This document shows positions 20,945 through 31,115 of a stretch of DNA of 64,000 nt, in pieces. This DNA comes from Pseudomonadota bacterium (lineage in GTDB: Bacteria > Pseudomonadota > Gammaproteobacteria > Pseudomonadales > UBA5862), in the NCBI GenBank assembly GCA_034189125.1, contig JAXHVB010000018.1, forward strand, positions 775 through 64,774, given 5' to 3'. Position 1 is the stretch's first letter, and every line of letters starts with the position of its first letter. A model generated the notes under the pieces. The model did no database searches. It saw only the letters and a list, made by a program, of their open reading frames with translations, and was not told the origin of the DNA. The translations under genes were made by a program, and so were the position numbers.

Positions 20945-22047
20945 CCCAACCCCGTTCGATGCTGATCACCGGGGGCGCCGGATTCATCGGCGCCAACTTC
21001 GTCCACCATTGGGCAGCGAAATATCCCGAGCACCGGCTCGTGGTTCTGGATGCCTTAACCTATGCCGGTAACTTGCAGAGCCTTCAGGGGTTGGATGGGC
21101 AACCCAATTACCGGTTTGTGCATGGCTCGATCAACGACCAGCGCTTGGTTGAACAATTGCTGAAGGAGGAGGGCATTGATTGCATCCTGCATTTCGCCGC
21201 TGAAAGCCACGTAGACCGCTCCATCACCGGTCCAGATGCCTTCATCGAGACCAACGTGCTTGGCACCCACGCGTTGCTCAAAGCCGCGCGGGCGGTTTGG
21301 CTTGCCGGCGACGGCAGGCCGCACCGCTTCCACCACGTGTCCACCGATGAAGTGTATGGCACCTTGACGCCCACGGACCCGCCGTTCACTGAATCGACTG
21401 CGTATGCGCCGAATTCGCCCTACGCGGCGAGCAAAGCTGCATCCGACCACCTGGTGCGGGCCTACCACGAGACCTATGGGCTCGAAGTCACCACGAGCAA
21501 CTGCTCCAACAACTACGGCCCCTACCATTTTCCCGAGAAACTCATCCCCCTGTGTTTGATCAACATCCTTTCGGGCAAGCCACTGCCCATCTACGGCGAT
21601 GGGCAACAGGTGCGGGATTGGCTGTACGTCGCCGACCACTGCCGCGGCATCGAACGCGTGCTGGAGGTGGGGCGGTCCGGGCGCACCTACAACATTGGTG
21701 GCCACAACGAAATGGCCAACCTGGACCTCGTGCACAGCCTCTGTGCCCGAGTCGATGCCGCTTTCGCTGAGGCCCCGGAGCTCAGCGAACGCTTTCCCGA
21801 TGCCCCCCCGGCCAGGGGCAAGGCCAGCACCGAGTTGATCACCTTCGTGAAGGACCGCCCCGGCCACGACCGGCGCTACGCAATCGACGCGCGACGCGCG
21901 ACAGAAGAGCTCGGGTTCGTGCCCGCGGAGACCTTCGAGACCGGCATTGCCAAGACCGTTCACTGGTACCTGGGCCATGAAACCTGGTGGCGCAACGTGC
22001 TGAGCGGTGAGTACCGCGACTGGGTCCAGCAGCAGTACGGTTCCTGA
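20941..22047 (+). CDS. rfbB: dTDP-glucose 4,6-dehydratase
   Basis: MLITGGAGFIGANFVHHW, AESHVDRSITGP, STDEVYGTL, YAASKAASDHLVRAYHETYG; ATG at 20941 overlaps the upstream stop. Confidence 0.96.
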   Translation: MTQPRSMLITGGAGFIGANFVHHWAAKYPEHRLVVLDALTYAGNLQSLQGLDGQPNYRFVHGSINDQRLVEQLLKEEGIDCILHFAAESHVDRSITGPDAFIETNVLGTHALLKAARAVWLAGDGRPHRFHHVSTDEVYGTLTPTDPPFTESTAYAPNSPYAASKAASDHLVRAYHETYGLEVTTSNCSNNYGPYHFPEKLIPLCLINILSGKPLPIYGDGQQVRDWLYVADHCRGIERVLEVGRSGRTYNIGGHNEMANLDLVHSLCARVDAAFAEAPELSERFPDAPPARGKASTELITFVKDRPGHDRRYAIDARRATEELGFVPAETFETGIAKTVHWYLGHETWWRNVLSGEYRDWVQQQYGS

Positions 22048-22056
22048 AAGGCCAAG

Positions 22057-23196
22057 GTGAAGCCGAAGGTTACAATCGCCCACGTCGTGCATCGATTCGA
22101 TATCGGCGGGCTCGAGAACGGCGTCGTCAACCTGATCAATCGGTTGGGGGATGGATACAGTCACCAAGTGATTGCCCTGACCGAGTGCAATCCGGGGTTT
22201 TGTCAGCGCATCTCCCATTCCAATGTGCAATACCATGCCTTGCACAAGCGGGAGGGTCAGGACTGGCGTATGCTTTGGCGCCTGTACCGGTTGTTGCGGA
22301 AGCTGGGGCCGGACATCGTTCATACCCGCAACCTGGCGACACTCGAAGCCGCCGGGGTGGCATGGCTTGCTGGGGTCCCACTGCGGGTGCATGGTGAACA
22401 CGGTTGGGACATGACCGACTTGGACGGGAGCAATGCCCGTTACCAGAGACTGCGCCGGCTGATGGCGCCTTTGATCCATCGCTTCGTCGCACTCTCCTCT
22501 CAAGGTGCAGCCTACCTTGTCGACAACGTCGGCGTTCCCAGGCGCAAGGTCGTGCGCATCATCAACGGCGTTGATGTGGAGCGGTTTCAAGCTGGTCACG
22601 ACCGGGGACGACTGCCGGATGGGTTCGCCCCGGAGGGTACGGTTGTGCTCGGGTCTGTTGGGCGCATTGCAGAGGTCAAAAACCACGTGGCCCTGGCCCG
22701 TGCCTTTGTCTTGGCGCATCGGTTGGCGCCCGCGCAGATGGCGGTGGCTCGCCTGGTCATTGTGGGCGATGGCCCGCAGCGGGGCGCGGTGGAAGCTATA
22801 CTCACAGGCGCAGGCCTCACGGATCGACTGCACTTGGCCGGTGCCCAGTCGGACATACCGGCTTGGATGCGGAGTTTCGACCTGTTCGTTCTGCCGTCTC
22901 TGGCTGAAGGCATCTCCAACACCATCCTCGAGGCCATGGCGGTGGGGCTGCCTGTGGTGGCCACCCAGGTCGGCGGCAACGATGAACTCGTTGCGCCGGG
23001 CGAAACCGGGGTGTTGGTGCCCGCTGGGGACGACTCGGCCCTTGCGAACGCCCTGATCGAGGTGGTTTCGGACCGCGAACTGCGGGCACGTCAGGGAATC
23101 AATGCTCGGCAGCGCGCCGAGCATGCGTTTTCTTTGCAAACGATGGTGGAGCGCTACGCTGCGTTGTACCAGGACCTCGTGGTGGCGCGCGGGTGA
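22057..23196 (+). CDS. TIGR03088-like PEP-CTERM/XrtA glycosyltransferase (GT4)
   Basis: IAHVVHRFDIGGLENGVVNLINRL; C-terminal LPSLAEGISNTILEAMAVGLPVVATQVGGN; GTG start. Confidence 0.9.
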   Translation: MKPKVTIAHVVHRFDIGGLENGVVNLINRLGDGYSHQVIALTECNPGFCQRISHSNVQYHALHKREGQDWRMLWRLYRLLRKLGPDIVHTRNLATLEAAGVAWLAGVPLRVHGEHGWDMTDLDGSNARYQRLRRLMAPLIHRFVALSSQGAAYLVDNVGVPRRKVVRIINGVDVERFQAGHDRGRLPDGFAPEGTVVLGSVGRIAEVKNHVALARAFVLAHRLAPAQMAVARLVIVGDGPQRGAVEAILTGAGLTDRLHLAGAQSDIPAWMRSFDLFVLPSLAEGISNTILEAMAVGLPVVATQVGGNDELVAPGETGVLVPAGDDSALANALIEVVSDRELRARQGINARQRAEHAFSLQTMVERYAALYQDLVVARG

Positions 23197-23224
23197 TGTC
23201 GGATCAACGGAGACACTAGCGGCA

Positions 23225-25123
23225 ATGTGCGGAATCGCTGGCATTTTTCAGATGGGGGTGGGCGATGCCGTGGATCCGAGCGTTCTCGAACGCATGAACC
23301 AGGCGCAGTTCCACCGTGGTCCGGATGAGGGTGGGTACCACTACGGTCCGGGGCTCGGCCTGGCGCATCGACGGCTTTCGATCATCGACCTTTCCGGAGG
23401 CCAGCAGCCCATGGCCGATCAAGAGGGTCGGGTTGTGGTGGTGTTCAACGGTGAAATTTACAATTTCGCTGAGTTGCGCACCGAGCTGATGGGCCTCGGC
23501 CACCACTTCCGCACCCGCAGTGATACCGAAGTGCTGGTTGAGGGGTGGAAGGCCTGGGGCGAAGCCTTGGTCCAGCGCTTGCGCGGAATGTTTGCCTTTG
23601 CCCTCTGGGACCGGACCGAAGAGACGGTGTTTCTGGCGCGGGACCGGCTGGGCATCAAGCCCCTCTACTATGGCCTCACGGACCGCGGCGCCCTGGTGTT
23701 CGGCTCGGAGCTCAAGGTGGTGCTGGCGCATCCGGGCATTCGCAGGGACCTAGACCCCCAGGCTGTTGAAGAGTATCTGGCGCTGGGGTATGTGCCCGAC
23801 CCGCGCTCGATTCTGAGTACCGTCAAAAAGCTACCCGCAGGCTATCGCCTGCTGTGCCGGAGAAACGATGCGCTGGGCGAGCCCAGGCAGTACTGGGACC
23901 TCCCCTTTGCTCCGGTCGACTCCGGCGATGAACGCCAGCTGTCGGAAGAACTGATTGAACGGTTGCGCGAAGCGGTGCGCATCCGACTGGTCGCCGAAGT
24001 GCCCTTGGGTGCGTTCTTGTCTGGCGGCGTCGATTCCAGTGCAGTGGTCGCGTTGATGGCGCAGCTTCAGTCCGACCCAGTGAACACCTGTTCCATCGGG
24101 TTCGATGTGCCGGAGTTCGACGAGAGCGTTTATGCGCAGCGGGTCGCTCAGCAGTACAATACAGAGCACCACCAGCGCACTGTCAATCCCGATGACTTCG
24201 ACCTGATCGACCAACTGGCCAGTTTGTACGACGAGCCGTTTGCAGACAGTTCTGCATTGCCGACCTATCGGGTGTGCCAGTTGGCTCGTGAACGGGTGAC
24301 AGTCGCGCTCTCTGGCGATGGAGGCGATGAGAATTTCGCTGGATACCGCCGCTACCGCTGGCACATGAATGAGGCCCGCATGCGCGGAGTGCTGCCGCGA
24401 CCGGTGCAGGGGCCAGTCTTTGGCGCACTGGGAAGCCTGTATCCAAAGTTGGACTGGGCACCGCGGTTTCTGCGCGCAAAGAGTACGTTTCAAGCCCTCG
24501 CCCGTGACCCTGTCGCCGGCTACTACAGAAACTTCTGCCTGTTGGTCGACGAGCAGCGTGAGGCCCTCTACAGCGACGCATTCAGGCGCGCGTTACAAGG
24601 GTACAACGCGGTGGAATTGTTTCGTTACCACGCGGCCCGCAGTCCCAGTGATGACCTGTTGTCTCAGGCGCAGTACATCGACTTCAAAACCTACCTGTCC
24701 GGAGACATCCTCACCAAGGTCGATCGCGCCAGCATGGCCCATGCGCTCGAAGTGCGGGTTCCCATCTTGGACCACCAGTTCGTGGAATGGGTCTCGGGGC
24801 TCGCGCCTGCGCTGAAGCTGCGTGGGCAAGAAGGCAAATACCTGTTGAAAAAAGCGCTGGAACCCCACCTGGGCGCAGACGTTCTGTACCGGGACAAAAT
24901 GGGCTTCGCAATCCCCGTCGCGCAATGGTTCAGAGGGCCACTTCGTGATCGTTTGCACAGTGCGCTGACTGGCGGCGTGCTGGCCGACACGGGGTATTTC
25001 AAGACCGAGGCACTGGTGAACCTGTTCGATCAGCATCAAAGCGGGCGCTCGGACCACAGCGCTGCGCTCTGGTCGCTGATGATGTTTGAGTCCTCGCTGC
25101 GCCACTTGCAGGGTGGCCTGTGA
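23225..25123 (+). CDS. XrtA/PEP-CTERM amidotransferase (asparagine synthase-like)
   Basis: MCGIAGIF N-terminal Cys2 glutaminase and PP-loop FLSGGVDSSAVVALMAQ; 632 aa. Confidence 0.94.
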   Translation: MCGIAGIFQMGVGDAVDPSVLERMNQAQFHRGPDEGGYHYGPGLGLAHRRLSIIDLSGGQQPMADQEGRVVVVFNGEIYNFAELRTELMGLGHHFRTRSDTEVLVEGWKAWGEALVQRLRGMFAFALWDRTEETVFLARDRLGIKPLYYGLTDRGALVFGSELKVVLAHPGIRRDLDPQAVEEYLALGYVPDPRSILSTVKKLPAGYRLLCRRNDALGEPRQYWDLPFAPVDSGDERQLSEELIERLREAVRIRLVAEVPLGAFLSGGVDSSAVVALMAQLQSDPVNTCSIGFDVPEFDESVYAQRVAQQYNTEHHQRTVNPDDFDLIDQLASLYDEPFADSSALPTYRVCQLARERVTVALSGDGGDENFAGYRRYRWHMNEARMRGVLPRPVQGPVFGALGSLYPKLDWAPRFLRAKSTFQALARDPVAGYYRNFCLLVDEQREALYSDAFRRALQGYNAVELFRYHAARSPSDDLLSQAQYIDFKTYLSGDILTKVDRASMAHALEVRVPILDHQFVEWVSGLAPALKLRGQEGKYLLKKALEPHLGADVLYRDKMGFAIPVAQWFRGPLRDRLHSALTGGVLADTGYFKTEALVNLFDQHQSGRSDHSAALWSLMMFESSLRHLQGGL

Positions 25124-25190
25124 GTCCTGCTTGCGCGCGCGTCCACAACCAGGGTGCGTGCCGTGCCTGCACCCCCTGGCGTTGGCTTCT

Positions 25191-26423
25191 ATGAAGATCC
25201 TTCACGTACTCGACCACTCGATTCCGCTGCAAAGCGGCTACACGTTTCGCACCCGCAACATCCTGCGAGAGCAGCGTGCTCTTGGCTGGGACACACACCA
25301 GGTGACAGGGCCCAAGCAACTGAATTGCGCTGTAGAGCAGGAAGAGATTGACGGGCTTTTGTTTTACCGCACCGGCCCTTGTGCCACAGGGCCGGTGCAA
25401 TCTCTGCTGCCAGAGCCTGTGCGTGTCATCCGCCAACTCGAACAGCGCCTCGACGAGGTGATCGCTGCAGTTCAGCCGCAGGTCCTGCACGCGCATTCTC
25501 CAGCGCTCGACGGGGTTGCAGCCCTGCGCGCTGCACGCCGGCACAGGCTGCCGGTGGTGTATGAGTGCCGCGCGTTCTGGGAGGATGCGGCGGTCGACCA
25601 CGGCACCAGCCGGGAGGGTGGGCTGCGGTACCGTTTGACCCGCGCCATGGAAACCTGGGTGTTTCGCCATGCCGATGCAGTGACCACCATTTGTGAAGGC
25701 TTGCGCGCCGAAATTGCCGCGCGGGGCGTCCCGGAGTCACGCATCACGGTGATTCCAAACGCGGTGGACCTCAACCACTTCCAGCGGGCCCCCGAGCAGA
25801 AGCAAGAAGCGACACGGCTGCGCCAGGAACTGGGTCTTGGCGACCACAGAGTACTGGGCTTTTTGGGCTCGTTTTACGCCTACGAAGGCCTGGACTTGGC
25901 CATCGAATCGCTCCAGGCAATCAACGACCCCCGGGTCGTCCTGTTGCTGGTCGGCGGCGGGCCTCAGTCTGAGGCACTTCGCCAGCAGGTGAAGGCGCTG
26001 GGCCTGGAAGACCGCGTCCGGTTCACGGGGCGGGTGGCGCACGAACAAGTGCAACACTACTACGACTTGGTGGATTTGCTCGTCTATCCGCGCAAGTCCA
26101 TGCGCTTGACCGAACTGGTCACACCGCTGAAGCCCCTGGAGGCGATGGCGCAGCACAAACTGGTGTTGGCCTCGGATGTCGGCGGCCACCGGGAGTTGAT
26201 CTGTGACGGCGAAACTGGCTGGCTGTTCGAGGCCGGCAGTGCACAGGCGCTGGCGCGCACAGCAGAACGCGTGCTCGCGCTTCCTGAGCACGAGTGGCAG
26301 CGGGTTCGGAACAATGGACGACAGTACGTAGAAACCGAGCGAAACTGGCCGTTGAGCGTTGCGAAGTACGCCAGCGTGTATGCCGCCGCCACAGCAGACG
26401 AGTCCATCCGTGGCACAGCTTGA
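25191..26423 (+). CDS. TIGR04063-like PEP-CTERM/XrtA glycosyltransferase (GT4)
   Basis: MKILHVLDHSIPLQSGYTFRTRNILREQRALGW; C-terminal GT4 fold segments. Confidence 0.9.
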   Translation: MKILHVLDHSIPLQSGYTFRTRNILREQRALGWDTHQVTGPKQLNCAVEQEEIDGLLFYRTGPCATGPVQSLLPEPVRVIRQLEQRLDEVIAAVQPQVLHAHSPALDGVAALRAARRHRLPVVYECRAFWEDAAVDHGTSREGGLRYRLTRAMETWVFRHADAVTTICEGLRAEIAARGVPESRITVIPNAVDLNHFQRAPEQKQEATRLRQELGLGDHRVLGFLGSFYAYEGLDLAIESLQAINDPRVVLLLVGGGPQSEALRQQVKALGLEDRVRFTGRVAHEQVQHYYDLVDLLVYPRKSMRLTELVTPLKPLEAMAQHKLVLASDVGGHRELICDGETGWLFEAGSAQALARTAERVLALPEHEWQRVRNNGRQYVETERNWPLSVAKYASVYAAATADESIRGTA

Positions 26424-26436
26424 GCCGCGCATTTTG

Positions 26437-27681
26437 GTGTTTTCCTCGCTGTTTCCAAGTGCCGTTCAGCCAGGCGCCGGGCTGTTTATTCGGGAGCGGA
26501 TGTTTCGCGTCGCCCGTGAACTGCCGTTGGTGGTCGTCAGTCCTCAGCCCTATTTTCCCGGGCAGTCGCTGATTCGCCGTCTGCGGCCGGGATATCGATT
26601 GCAGGCGCCGCCGGTTGAGGTGCAGGACGGCATCCAGGTGTATCACCCGAGGTTTTTTTCCCTGCCAGGGCTCGGCCGTCGGTTCGACGCGCTGTCGATG
26701 GCGCTGTGCAGCTACGCCCTGTTGCGCCGGCTGCGCAAGGCGTTCGCATTCGATCTGATCGACGCGCACTTTGCGTACCCGGATGGAGCCGCAGCCGTCC
26801 GCCTGGGCCGCTGGTTTCAGGTCCCGGTCACCGTCACCCTGCGGGGCACTGAAGTGCCCCAGGCGCGCAGTGCCCGGCGCCCTCAGCTGGCGGCCACCCT
26901 GCAACAGGTCACCCGGATCTTCACAGTGTCGGATTCACTGCGCCGTTTGGCGCTGGATTTGGGGGCAGCGGACCACCGGGTGCAGGTGGTGCCCAATGGG
27001 GTCAACGGCAGCCTGTTCTACCCGGTCGACGGGCGTGCCACGCGCCGGACACTGGGAATTGCAGAAGATGCCAAAGTGCTCATCACCGTTGGTGGTCTGG
27101 TGGAGCGCAAGGGGTTCCATCGGGTGATCCAGGTGCTGCCAGAACTGCTGGCGCGGGGCCACGATGTTCAGTACCTGGTGGTTGGTGGTCCCTGCGCAGA
27201 AGGTGACATGGAGGCAGCGCTGCGCGCGCAGGTCGAGCGTCTTGGCCTTGAGGACCGCGTGCATTTTTGCGGTGCCTTGCCTCCAGACCGGCTGCGTGAA
27301 CCCCTGTCCGCAGCCGACCTGTTCGTGCTTTCCAGCCGCAATGAAGGTTGGGCGAATGTGCTGCTCGAGGCGTTGTCCTGCGGGCTGCCGGTGGTGGCAT
27401 CGGATGTGGGCGGGAACGCTGAAGTGATTTGCGACCCCGTGCTCGGGGCCATTGTGCCCTTCGGGGATGAGGCGGCAATGTGCGACGCCATTTCGGCTGC
27501 GCTGGAACAGCGCGGTGGCGCCGCTCAGCGGCTGGCCTATGCCGAGGCCAACCAGTGGGATGCGCGGGTGCGCACCTTGGTGGAGGCGTTCCGCCAGCTT
27601 GTAGGGCCGCAATCCCAAGCCCAGGCTCAAGCCGGAGAGGTCAAGCCCACACCGGGGGTCGAGACCCCGGGACCTGGGTAA
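26437..27681 (+). CDS. Glycosyltransferase family 4 protein
   Basis: FSSLFPSAVQPGAGLFIRERM, LITVGGLVERKGFHRVIQVLP, SSRNEGWANVLLEALSCGLPVVASDVGG; start approximate (GTG 26437 or TTG 26434). Confidence 0.88.
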   Translation: MFSSLFPSAVQPGAGLFIRERMFRVARELPLVVVSPQPYFPGQSLIRRLRPGYRLQAPPVEVQDGIQVYHPRFFSLPGLGRRFDALSMALCSYALLRRLRKAFAFDLIDAHFAYPDGAAAVRLGRWFQVPVTVTLRGTEVPQARSARRPQLAATLQQVTRIFTVSDSLRRLALDLGAADHRVQVVPNGVNGSLFYPVDGRATRRTLGIAEDAKVLITVGGLVERKGFHRVIQVLPELLARGHDVQYLVVGGPCAEGDMEAALRAQVERLGLEDRVHFCGALPPDRLREPLSAADLFVLSSRNEGWANVLLEALSCGLPVVASDVGGNAEVICDPVLGAIVPFGDEAAMCDAISAALEQRGGAAQRLAYAEANQWDARVRTLVEAFRQLVGPQSQAQAQAGEVKPTPGVETPGPG

Positions 27682-27693
27682 CAGGAGACGCCC

Positions 27694-29007
27694 ATGCGTG
27701 ATTTGTTCGTCACCGTTGTGGTTCTTGGCAGTTTGCCGATGATCCTGTTTCGCCCGTACCTTGGCATCCTGATGTGGTCATGGCTTGCGTACATGAATCC
27801 CCACAAGCTCTCCTGGGGGTTTGCGCGCGACTTTCCCTTCGCGATGCTGGTGGCGCTGGTGACCTTGATGGGGCTGCTGCTGGCGACGGAAAGCAAACGG
27901 GTTCCGCGTTCGTCGATCACGGTGTTGCTTGGCGTGTTCACCCTGTGGATGTTGCTGACCACGTTGCAGGCGACCTATCCGCAACTTGCCTGGTACCAGT
28001 GGGACAAGGTGTGGAAGATCATGCTGATGACGTTCGTCATCATCATGATGCTGCAGAGTCGGGCTCGAATCGACGCGCTGATCTGGGTGATGGCCGCTTC
28101 GATCGCGTTCTACGGCATCAAGGGGGGCATTTTTACCCTGACCACAGGCGGTGCCTACGCGGTTTATGGTCCGGATGGAACCTTCATCGGAGGCAACAAC
28201 GAGATTGGTCTGGCGCTCATCATGACCATCCCGTTGCTGCGGTACCTGCAATTGCAGGCGCCCAATCCGGTGCTCAAACGCGTACTGACGCCGGTCATGG
28301 TGCTCTGCTTCATCTCCGTGATTGGTACCCAATCCCGGGGTGCGTTGGTGGCGGTCACGGTGATGCTGGCGTTCTTCATTCTCAAGAGCCGCCGCCGGTT
28401 TGGGTTTTTGTTGCTGCTGGCGATCGTCGCGCCGCTGATTTGGAATTTCATGCCCGATACCTGGCATGACCGAATGGCCACCATCGACGACTACCAGGAA
28501 GACGCCTCTGCCATGGGCCGCATCAATGCGTGGTGGATGGCGTTCAATCTGGCGCAGGCGGAGTTTTTCGGTGGCGGCTTCGAGTGTTTTCGCCGTGGCA
28601 TGTTTCGCCTCTATGCACCCACTCCCTGGGATGTGCACGATGCCCACAGCATCTATTTCGAGGTGCTGGGGGAGCACGGTTTTGTGGGGCTGGCACTGTT
28701 TCTCGGAATAGGGGTGGTGGGTTTGCAAACCGCGCGCTCGATCATTCGTGAAACCAAACACGACCCGGACAAGCGCTGGATGGCTGACCTCGCCGCCATG
28801 CTGCAGGTGAGCCTGATCGGCTATGCTGCGGCGGGCATGTTCCTGGGGCTTGCGTATTTTGACTTCTACTATGCCCTGCTGGCGATCCTGGTGGCAGCCC
28901 GGCAGCTGTTGACGAGCGGCGAGCCCCTGGCGGGGCTGTTGACCCTGCGCAAGCGCACGCCCGAGGCCAGCAGGGAACCTGCCGGTGTGGGTGCTCCGGC
29001 CGTCTGA
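27694..29007 (+). CDS. Putative O-glycosylation ligase, exosortase A-associated (Wzy/WaaL-like)
   Basis: N-terminal MRDLFVTVVVLGSLPMILFRPYLGILMWSWLAYMNPHKLSWGFA; about 10 TMs; AHSIYFEVLGEHGFVGL. Confidence 0.92.
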   Translation: MRDLFVTVVVLGSLPMILFRPYLGILMWSWLAYMNPHKLSWGFARDFPFAMLVALVTLMGLLLATESKRVPRSSITVLLGVFTLWMLLTTLQATYPQLAWYQWDKVWKIMLMTFVIIMMLQSRARIDALIWVMAASIAFYGIKGGIFTLTTGGAYAVYGPDGTFIGGNNEIGLALIMTIPLLRYLQLQAPNPVLKRVLTPVMVLCFISVIGTQSRGALVAVTVMLAFFILKSRRRFGFLLLLAIVAPLIWNFMPDTWHDRMATIDDYQEDASAMGRINAWWMAFNLAQAEFFGGGFECFRRGMFRLYAPTPWDVHDAHSIYFEVLGEHGFVGLALFLGIGVVGLQTARSIIRETKHDPDKRWMADLAAMLQVSLIGYAAAGMFLGLAYFDFYYALLAILVAARQLLTSGEPLAGLLTLRKRTPEASREPAGVGAPAV

Positions 29008-29019
29008 CTGAGCGAAGCG

Positions 29020-29949
29020 ATGAGCGATTGGTGGGTCAAAGTCGACAAAACCCTGCGTCACCACGCCCAGGGTGGTGTGCAGGCGCTGCGCGCCCTGGCC
29101 TGGCCCCTGTTGCGCCAACCGGCCGCCCCGGTCTTTGTCGTCGGCTGCAGCCGGGCGGGCACGACCCTGGTGTACAAGACGCTGTCCGAATCCCCGGAGC
29201 TTGGCAGCCTGCAACGTGAAACCCACGACTACTGGGCTGGGTTGCACCCGCCGAGCGAGACAGGCTGGCAGACCCATGCGATCGCACCCGAGCAGGCCAA
29301 CCCCGACGAGGCCAACCGAGTCGCACGGGACTTTTTTGTGGGAACCGGCCGCCACCACTGGGTCGACAAGAACAACCAGAATGGCCTGTCGGTGCCTTAC
29401 CTCCTTGGTTTGTTCCCGCGCGCCCGTTTCGTGTACGTGAAGCGGGCGCCTGGCGACAACATCAACAGCCTCATTGAGGGTTGGAACAAACCCGAGGAGT
29501 TTGCCACCTGGTCGGACCGCCTGCCGGGGTCCGTGGCAATCGACGGCGGGCGCATTCAGCGCTGGTGCTTTTTCTTGGCCGCGGGCTGGGAGGCGCTGCG
29601 CGCCGCCCCCCTTGCCCAAGTGGCCGCGTTTCAGTACCGCGCAATGAATGACGCCATTCTGTCGGCCCGGGAGGCGGTTCCTGCAAGCCAGTGGGCCGAA
29701 GTCCACTATGAAGACCTGGTCACCGACCCAGTCGAAGAGTTCCGCCGCCTTTTCAGGGACTGCGCCCTGGAATTCGATGCGGCGACCGAGCACCACTGCC
29801 GCAGGGTTCTGGAACGGCCTTACAACGCATTTTCTCCCATTGGGCTCGAAAAGTGGCGCAGCGGACCGCATGCCCCTGCCATCGAGGCGGTGCTGCCGGA
29901 GGTGGGTGCAGTGGCCGGGCGCATGGGTTATCCGGCTGATGCCGCATGA
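29020..29949 (+). CDS. Sulfotransferase family protein
   Basis: PAPS 5'-phosphosulfate loop-like VFVVGCSRAGTTLVYKTLSESPEL; RARFVYVKRAPGDNINSLI. Confidence 0.82.
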   Translation: MSDWWVKVDKTLRHHAQGGVQALRALAWPLLRQPAAPVFVVGCSRAGTTLVYKTLSESPELGSLQRETHDYWAGLHPPSETGWQTHAIAPEQANPDEANRVARDFFVGTGRHHWVDKNNQNGLSVPYLLGLFPRARFVYVKRAPGDNINSLIEGWNKPEEFATWSDRLPGSVAIDGGRIQRWCFFLAAGWEALRAAPLAQVAAFQYRAMNDAILSAREAVPASQWAEVHYEDLVTDPVEEFRRLFRDCALEFDAATEHHCRRVLERPYNAFSPIGLEKWRSGPHAPAIEAVLPEVGAVAGRMGYPADAA

Positions 29950-31115
29950 GTGCATGGATGGTTGCCGTGGGCGGGCTGGTGCTCTGGGGGCTGCTGCTGG
30001 TGGCTGGCCTGCTGCGCCACCGCCGTGTGCTGCTCAATTTGTGGCGCGAGCCGGTGCTTCGAGTCCCGGTGTTGGCGTTCGAGAGCGATGACTGGAGCCC
30101 GCAGCCGCAGTCGCAGGCCGGTGCGCTCAGGGCCCTGAGCGAGGTGCTCGCACGCCACCGCGACGTCGATGGCAATCCTGGCCTCATGACCTTGGGGCTG
30201 GTGTCGACTTCCCCGCAGCTGGAACCCACCGGGGCGGTCCAGTGGATTGACTGGTCCGATCCACAGGTCGCCTCCACCCGCAGCGCGGTCCTGGAGGGGG
30301 TGGAAGCGGGCATTTTTGCGCTGCAGCTGCATGGCGCAGCCCATTGCTGGGAGCCCGCCTTTGAGGCTTGGGCGGCCGGTCAAGCGAGCGCCGAAGGGCT
30401 GTCACCGCTCAACGAGGTGCTTCCCGATGCCCTGCAAAGCCGGTGGTGGGATCCGTATGCGGACCCACCGGCGCCGGTGGGCCCGCGGAGCGCCGAAGCC
30501 GCGGCCCATGCAGAGGCGCTTGGCTTTCAATCCCATTGGGGTGCGGTGCCCGCTGTTGCAGTCCCACCCACGTTTTTGTGGAGCCATGCGGTGGAGCAAG
30601 GCTGGCGCCGTGGCGGGGTTCGCTGGGTGGTGACGCCAGGTGCCCGCTTCGCCGGGCGGGATCGGTCTGGGCGAATGCAGCCTGCGGAGTCGGGCCTATG
30701 CAATGGCGTTCGCTCGGTCACTGGCCTGCGCTATCTGGTTCGCGATTCGTACTACGAACCCTGGAAAGGCCACGCGCCTGAGGTGGCGCTTGCAGCGCTG
30801 GCGCGACAAACCCGATTGGGGCGTCCCACCTTTTTGGAAATCCACCGCTGCAACTTCATTCCCGACCAGGGATGCGCTGACGACGCGCTGACCGGCACCG
30901 AAGCCGTGTTGCGCCTGGCGCTGGAGCAGCGTCCCAGCCTGCGCTTCATGTCGCCGCAGGAGCTGGGGGAGCGCTTGGAGCACCGGCGCAGCGATGACCT
31001 GTTCGAGCGGGGCCTCGTGCGGGTCCGCATGTGGCTGCGGCGCTGCGGGGTTGCCCCTGCGCTGTCGCGCTGGCTCAAAGCCACTGGACTTTGGCCGCTG
31101 GTGAAGCTGGCATGA
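29946..31115 (+). CDS. Membrane-anchored polysaccharide deacetylase-like protein
   Basis: N-terminal TM (MVAVGGLVLWGLLLVAGLL) then VLAFESDDWSPQ (metal Asp-Asp-like), LQLHGAAHC (HxxxH-like) and FLEIHRCNF. Confidence 0.55.
   Translation: MSAWMVAVGGLVLWGLLLVAGLLRHRRVLLNLWREPVLRVPVLAFESDDWSPQPQSQAGALRALSEVLARHRDVDGNPGLMTLGLVSTSPQLEPTGAVQWIDWSDPQVASTRSAVLEGVEAGIFALQLHGAAHCWEPAFEAWAAGQASAEGLSPLNEVLPDALQSRWWDPYADPPAPVGPRSAEAAAHAEALGFQSHWGAVPAVAVPPTFLWSHAVEQGWRRGGVRWVVTPGARFAGRDRSGRMQPAESGLCNGVRSVTGLRYLVRDSYYEPWKGHAPEVALAALARQTRLGRPTFLEIHRCNFIPDQGCADDALTGTEAVLRLALEQRPSLRFMSPQELGERLEHRRSDDLFERGLVRVRMWLRRCGVAPALSRWLKATGLWPLVKLA

Noticed and set aside
21055-23244. 729-aa - strand ORF
   Set aside because: Antisense to the convincing rfbB and TIGR03088-like genes; translation lacks recognisable motifs.
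27778-29955. 725-aa - strand ORF antisense to the ligase-like gene
   Set aside because: Shadow ORF over a well-supported TM protein and sulfotransferase.
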